IMG/VR virus record: IMGVR_UViG_3300034161_000022
Span: 1 to 37,908 of that record
Source of the DNA: a virus
Lineage: Duplodnaviria > Caudoviricetes
Strand: one strand, 5' to 3'
DNA length: 37,908 nucleotides
Shown: positions 33,478 to 37,908 of the stretch, one piece after another
How the letters are laid out: every line of letters begins with the position of its first letter
How positions within the stretch are numbered: the first letter of the stretch is position 1
Program-made: the position numbers and the translations under genes
The notes under the pieces: generated by a model
What the model saw: the letters and a program-made list of their open reading frames with translations, nothing else
Databases searched by the model: none
What the model was told of the DNA's origin: nothing

Positions 33478-34079
33478 GGATACACGTCCAGGGTGTCAAT
33501 TTCATCAATACACATGACCAGGCCATAGGTGCCGGTCACCTCGATGTCGCGGGGGGTTGGCGGGTAAACGTCGATCACTTCACCTTCACTTACACAGGCG
33601 CCAATGCCGATGTAACCGGTAGTTTCTAGGCTGATCGCCAGACCGGTCATATGCCGACTGACGGGCTTGGCGTCATCAATGAGCCGGGTCAGCTCTTCGT
33701 ACATCTCTTCGGTAATACCGGTGTCCAGAACACCAACCTTCAGTGCGAAGGTACCCGGCACACCGAGGGGCACCGTCTGCCACCACTCCATGACCTCGAT
33801 CAGGTAGCCCAGCGGCTCGACCACGCGGCGCAACGCGCCAATCGTGCCTTTGTGCTTGTGGATGTAATACGAAGCCTTGATAGCGGCACGCTTGGTCGCC
33901 TCGCTCCACCGATAATCCCAGCGGTCGACCGACCAGGCCCACGCCAGATGCAGCAGCAAATGGGCCGGACACGTATCGGCGTTGTAGAGCGTGCGCAACG
34001 GAACAATGGTTTTCTCGTAGAGCGCTGCCTCCATGGCCCGCTCTAGCTGTGTGCTATTGCTGGGCAGTAGGCTTTTCAT
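33474..34079 (-). CDS. Baseplate/tail protein I (P2 gpI-like)
   Basis: SLLPSNSTQLE...CPAHLL.HLAWAWSVDRW...HKGTIGALRR...AKPVSRH. Confidence 0.95.
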   Translation of the reverse strand: MKSLLPSNSTQLERAMEAALYEKTIVPLRTLYNADTCPAHLLLHLAWAWSVDRWDYRWSEATKRAAIKASYYIHKHKGTIGALRRVVEPLGYLIEVMEWWQTVPLGVPGTFALKVGVLDTGITEEMYEELTRLIDDAKPVSRHMTGLAISLETTGYIGIGACVSEGEVIDVYPPTPRDIEVTGTYGLVMCIDEIDTLDVYP

Positions 34080-34956
34080 CCGCCACCCTCACGCTGTAAC
34101 CAGTGCAGTACGCGGCCTGGGCTTTAGTAGGGGCCAGGTCGACCCAGCCGGGCAGCTCGACGCGCGAGACGCCAGCAACGTGCGCCTGGGCGTCCACGGC
34201 GGACCGGGCCACCTCAACGCCCAGGCGTTTACGGGGATTGATCCATTTCGAAAGGCGGCTTAGGGCTTCGGCCCGGGCCGCATCACCTTCTGGCCCGGCG
34301 CTATTCATGTGCAGGATTGCGTCAATTCGGTAATTCAGAATTTCGGCGCCCTGGACTGTTACCCGGTCACCCAATGGCCGCACGTCATCGTCATTCAGGG
34401 CCAAAGCCACGGTGGCCAACAACTCCGACGTGGCCGTCCCATCCCCTTCGGTACTCAGCACCGTTACGGTAACGCTCGCAGGCGCCGGACTTTCCGCCGA
34501 GGCGTCCAGCACAAAGCCGGACGCGTTACGCGCGTGCAGGATGTAGCTGTTACGCGGTCCCGCTGTGGTCAGCCCCTCATAGGCCAACTGGATGCGCTCA
34601 CGAAACGGGTCATCATCCTCAAGGACTTCAGCCATCGGCGGAACCGCCAGCAGATCCTCGGGCCGAATCACCAGGCGCTGAAGGTTGACGTTTGCGCCCA
34701 ACTGATCGAGGTCGCCCTTGATGGCGTGAGCCAACAGCAGCGCCTTGCAGGCATCGTTAACCCGGGCACGGTTACCAACCTTGTTGTAAGCACCCACCTC
34801 CAGCACTTTGGTGACAGGATCGCTTTCGAGCGCGGCGTTCCAGTTGTCGCCCATATACTCGCGAAACGCTGACAGTCCTTCGTCGTAGACCTCTTCAAAG
34901 TCCAGCGGCTCAAGCACCTCCGGCGCCGGCAAGGCGGACAAATCCACGATGCTCAT
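34054..34956 (-). CDS. Baseplate J protein
   Basis: DLSALPAPEVLEPLDFE...TTAGPRNSY..HA...VRPLGDRV. Confidence 0.95.
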   Translation of the reverse strand: MSIVDLSALPAPEVLEPLDFEEVYDEGLSAFREYMGDNWNAALESDPVTKVLEVGAYNKVGNRARVNDACKALLLAHAIKGDLDQLGANVNLQRLVIRPEDLLAVPPMAEVLEDDDPFRERIQLAYEGLTTAGPRNSYILHARNASGFVLDASAESPAPASVTVTVLSTEGDGTATSELLATVALALNDDDVRPLGDRVTVQGAEILNYRIDAILHMNSAGPEGDAARAEALSRLSKWINPRKRLGVEVARSAVDAQAHVAGVSRVELPGWVDLAPTKAQAAYCTGYSVRVADEKPTAQQ

Positions 34957-35279
34957 ACGCTTACCTCCAAGACAAAGCTGTCGCCCAGGTACTCGCCGGC
35001 AACGAGCATGTTTATTTTCCCATCCAGCAGCGACAGCGCCGTCACGCGCTCAAGTTTCAAGCGCGGCTCATGAAGGCCGAGGGCACGGGCCGCTTCGGCC
35101 TGAACCGCACTTTTCCAGCCTGCATTGATTGGCAAGTCAACGAACAGACGTAGCTTGCTGCCGTACTCGGGCCGCTGCCGGCGACTGTCCAGAGGCGTAC
35201 TCAATATGTCGGCAATGGACTGTCGCAAATGCTCGATGCCGGATATGGGCTGCCCGGTGTGGCGATCCATTCCGATCAT
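34953..35279 (-). CDS. Baseplate wedge protein (gpW/gp25-like)
   Basis: GMDRHTG...HLRQSIADILSTP...RPEYGS...EPRL. Confidence 0.93.
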   Translation of the reverse strand: MIGMDRHTGQPISGIEHLRQSIADILSTPLDSRRQRPEYGSKLRLFVDLPINAGWKSAVQAEAARALGLHEPRLKLERVTALSLLDGKINMLVAGEYLGDSFVLEVSV

Positions 35280-35284
35280 CTGGC

Positions 35285-35506
35285 TTAGCCCTCCTGGGCG
35301 GCGTATTCGCTATTGGCCTGCAGGAAGGCCAACGCCTCTTTATCCGATGCCGGCACCACCACCAGGCCCTTGGCCACCGGGTAAGTACGATCGGTGTCAG
35401 GCACAACCAGCGTGCGCGACGTGTAGACCAGATCACGGAACGTCAACGACGCCGGCGCGGCCGGTGCTTGCTCTTCGGTTGCGGGATTTTCGGTGGTCTT
35501 GGCCAT
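35285..35506 (-). CDS. Hypothetical virion-region protein
   Basis: GGAG RBS; FRDLVYTSRTL. Confidence 0.7.
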   Translation of the reverse strand: MAKTTENPATEEQAPAAPASLTFRDLVYTSRTLVVPDTDRTYPVAKGLVVVPASDKEALAFLQANSEYAAQEG

Positions 35507-35520
35507 GATTTCTCCAGGCA

Positions 35521-35545
35521 TGAAAAAACCCGCACGCGGCGGGCT
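35521..35545 (-). terminator. Intrinsic terminator
   Basis: Minus GCCCGC-CGCGT-GCGGG-TTTTTT. Confidence 0.6.
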
Positions 35546-35559
35546 GTAGATGACTTTGG

Positions 35560-36165
35560 TTAGTGCTTATGGTGGTTGTCGCTATTACCGGCCGCCAGGA
35601 TATCGGCGGCGCCGGTGATGCTCTGCGTTACGTGTAACGGGCCGTCGATCTCTACTGCACCGATCAACGCTATCTGAGGCGATTTAATCGCCGCCCAACC
35701 GGGAGCCAGGTCGAACTCGGTACCGCCCACCGTGGCATTCACTGCGTTATCCGTAACGGTCACAACGGTGCTGCCCACTTTGATAGTGACGGTACCGGTT
35801 GGCAGGGTGATGGTGTAGGTCTTGGCCGCCCAGTCGTAGACCAGCGAGCCGCCATCATCAAAACGCCAGACCTCGACATGATCGCGATTATCCGGCGGGC
35901 CGCCGGCATTGCCGTACAGCCCAGGGATAAACGTGCCCATGCCCGCCTGGCCGCTGGGGTTGAACAACACCCCCTGCTCGCCCAGGCTTGGCGCCCGCCA
36001 GTGCCGCGCCTTGCCGGCCGCTAGACTGTGCCAGCGCACCCAGGCGCTCGTCCACTCGCCGGTGCTGACACGCACCGCCGGCGCCGCCAGATCAACGCCG
36101 ACCACCACGCATGGCATAAGCATGGCCGCGATCATGCGGTCATGTTCCGCCTCGGCGTAACTCAC
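35560..36165 (-). CDS. Baseplate spike protein (P2 gpV-like)
   Basis: WVRW...AG.ARHWRAPSLGEQ...FDDGGSLVYD; C-terminal HHKH metal-binding motif. Confidence 0.93.
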   Translation of the reverse strand: MSYAEAEHDRMIAAMLMPCVVVGVDLAAPAVRVSTGEWTSAWVRWHSLAAGKARHWRAPSLGEQGVLFNPSGQAGMGTFIPGLYGNAGGPPDNRDHVEVWRFDDGGSLVYDWAAKTYTITLPTGTVTIKVGSTVVTVTDNAVNATVGGTEFDLAPGWAAIKSPQIALIGAVEIDGPLHVTQSITGAADILAAGNSDNHHKH

Positions 36166-36668
36166 GAAAGAGCCTCAGGCGCCACCGGCTCGTCGCCCGG
36201 CTCGATGTTGAACACGAGCGAGCCTGGCGGCTCATCAGGCCACGGCCAAGTGAACTCCCCAACCTCGAAAGGCTGGACCCACTGCACCGACCACATGACA
36301 AACTGCTCAAGCTCCGCTGTCGGGGCTTCCGGCTGGGCGTGGACCTGCTCCGGCGGGCCGGTGACAAAATCCAAACCCCACCACTGATCCTTAAGCACTG
36401 TCGTCATTTGAGCCGCCAAGATAGCGGCCTGTAACGATGCCTTGGGGCGGTCTGCATCAACCAAAATGCAGGATTGGAAACGGCCAATCAGCGCCGTTTT
36501 CCCCTCCCCGCGATCAGTGCCAAGGGTCATATCGGTAATGCCGTACAGCAATGCCGGTGTGTTTACCTGGGCGTCCAGCTCGGGGAACTGCTCAACGTGC
36601 AGCACCCGGGGCATACGTTCGCTGATAATGCGCGTGATCGCATCATGTAATGTCGTCAGTTCGCTCAT
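36162..36668 (-). CDS. Tail completion/terminator-like protein
   Basis: 168 aa between the head closure and spike genes; LHDAI...WGL...WSVQW.Q. Confidence 0.65.
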   Translation of the reverse strand: MSELTTLHDAITRIISERMPRVLHVEQFPELDAQVNTPALLYGITDMTLGTDRGEGKTALIGRFQSCILVDADRPKASLQAAILAAQMTTVLKDQWWGLDFVTGPPEQVHAQPEAPTAELEQFVMWSVQWVQPFEVGEFTWPWPDEPPGSLVFNIEPGDEPVAPEALS

Positions 36669-37023
36669 TGGGCACGCTCAGCACCAGGTCAACCATGCCC
36701 GAGCCGTCAGGCTTCAGGCGCACGACCTTGTAGCGGCCACCACCCAGCGCGGGCGGCAGCTCAATGGTAAGAAAGTCGCCTTTTTTGACGCCTTGTACGT
36801 CGACCGCTCGCGCGGTCATGGTGGGCTCTAAAACCTCGTCGGCATTGATCGCACCGCCCAGCCGCACAGCGCCGCCCTTGCCACCGCCGATTTCGGCGCC
36901 GACAAAGGGGGAAGAAAACGCACCGAAGACTCCACGACCATCTGCCAGCGTCGCGGGATCGCCCAGGCGTTCAACCGCCAGGGCGTCCATGCGATCAGCC
37001 AGGGCCCGAAAGCCGCCGGCCAT
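36643..37023 (-). CDS. Head-tail joining protein (FII-like)
   Basis: RMDALAVERLG...G.YKVV...PDGSGM..L.L. Confidence 0.75.
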   Translation of the reverse strand: MAGGFRALADRMDALAVERLGDPATLADGRGVFGAFSSPFVGAEIGGGKGGAVRLGGAINADEVLEPTMTARAVDVQGVKKGDFLTIELPPALGGGRYKVVRLKPDGSGMVDLVLSVPNERTDDIT

Positions 37024-37337
37024 TACTGGATCAACAAGGCTTCAGCGAAGCCGCCAGACGCGTCAGTCAGCAGCTTGCCGAAGGGCACAGCATCCGCAGT
37101 GCCATCCGCGACCAACGTACCGGCCAACACACTGACCTTGACGCCCGCTTTCAGCGCACCGGTGACAGGCAGCACCCAGGCATCACCCAGCACGCCGGTA
37201 AAGGCCTGGCCTTTTACCGTGTCTTCCAGCGGGATCACCACCAGGGCGTTGATCGCCACAGGCACGCCGGCTTTGGTGCCGCCAGTAGGGGACACAAACG
37301 TGCAGGACCGGCCAGTACCCGAATAATTCTTAGACAT
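37023..37337 (-). CDS. Capsid cement/decoration protein (DUF2190-like)
   Basis: MSKNY...PTGG..AG...G.W.LP; follows the major capsid gene. Confidence 0.8.
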   Translation of the reverse strand: MSKNYSGTGRSCTFVSPTGGTKAGVPVAINALVVIPLEDTVKGQAFTGVLGDAWVLPVTGALKAGVKVSVLAGTLVADGTADAVPFGKLLTDASGGFAEALLIQ

Positions 37338-37362
37338 CGCTCAATTCTCCAGAACGCAAAAA

Positions 37363-37388
37363 CAACAAACCCCGCACTAGGCGGGGTT
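37363..37388 (-). terminator. Hairpin/terminator after major capsid
   Basis: AACCCCGC-ACTAG-GCGGGGTT. Confidence 0.6.
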
Positions 37389-37405
37389 ATCAGGGACAGC
37401 GGGGC

Positions 37406-37908
37406 TTACTTGCCAGCGGCACTGTACAGGCCACGGAAGTCGGCAGGCGCAACGCCTGCGTCGATACGCACCTTGCTGGCCACGCCGTCGACGCTGAAGC
37501 CGTTTTGCTGCTCCACATACGGCGTATCAATGCCGTTGAGGTAAGCCACTTCAATGGTGTCGCTGCCTTGCTTGGCAGCCATGTACCAGGCCGTTGCCGA
37601 CGCATCATCAAGACGCGGCTCACCGATCACTTTGGCAAAGCCGCGGATTGGGTTGATGATGCCAGAGTTAGCATCAGCGCCCGGCACAGAGGCCGAGTTG
37701 ATAATTTGGTTGGCCTTGTCTTCCAGGGCCACCGGGGTCAGCACGTAGGCTGGGCGAATATTCAAGGTGCGAGGCTTTCCACCTTCAACCTGGGTTTTTT
37801 GCGAAGCCATTGCAGTCTTACCAGCGATCAAGCTGGCAATGGACAGCTCAGACGCCGGACCGGCCGCGTTGTTTTTGCGCGTAGCATCAAACAACGACTT
37901 ACCGTCGC
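37406..37908 (-). CDS. Major capsid protein (3' part; enters from window edge)
   Basis: LNIRPAYVLTPVALE...EPRLD...AWY...DTIEVAYLNG...KVRIDAGVAPADFRGL. Confidence 0.92.
   Translation of the reverse strand, partial: DGKSLFDATRKNNAAGPASELSIASLIAGKTAMASQKTQVEGGKPRTLNIRPAYVLTPVALEDKANQIINSASVPGADANSGIINPIRGFAKVIGEPRLDDASATAWYMAAKQGSDTIEVAYLNGIDTPYVEQQNGFSVDGVASKVRIDAGVAPADFRGLYSAAGK

Noticed and set aside
6906-34473. GTTACGGTAAC palindromes (about 6906, 29132, 34463)
   Set aside because: 1-nt spacer and all within coding sequence (two encode VTVT); not counted with the 12-bp motif

Overview
The window is a near-complete, circularly permuted genome of a temperate, contractile-tailed phage that appears to be maintained as a plasmid (phage-plasmid). 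The host is probably Pseudomonas, inferred from family resemblance only. No host chromosomal genes are present. The portal gene runs off the left edge and the major capsid gene runs in from the right edge on the same strand, so the ends would join through a short missing segment. Modules: (i) lambda-like packaging and head genes plus P2/R-pyocin-like tail genes, all on the minus strand; (ii) a split lysis system, with the holin before the terminase and a GH19 endolysin plus Rz/Rz1 after the tail genes; (iii) cI/cro/Q control with a tyrosine recombinase in the early operon; (iv) a plasmid backbone of a rep gene with a putative antisense copy-control RNA and iterons, a type Ib parA plus RHH partner, and a dif-like site; (v) an accessory region with IncP-1-like klcB/korC/parC homologues. 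The most notable unannotated signals are a TisB/IstR-like type I toxin-antitoxin locus (31-aa peptide plus a divergent ~85-nt sRNA with a 22-nt perfect antisense seed), four gene cassettes sharing a repeated promoter/leader module built on the TTAGCTAA repeats that also flank parA, a dif-like site near a stand-alone FtsK-gamma gene, and an enriched dispersed GTKAC-NN-GTMAC palindrome. All family calls are from motif recognition by eye; no database searches were run.
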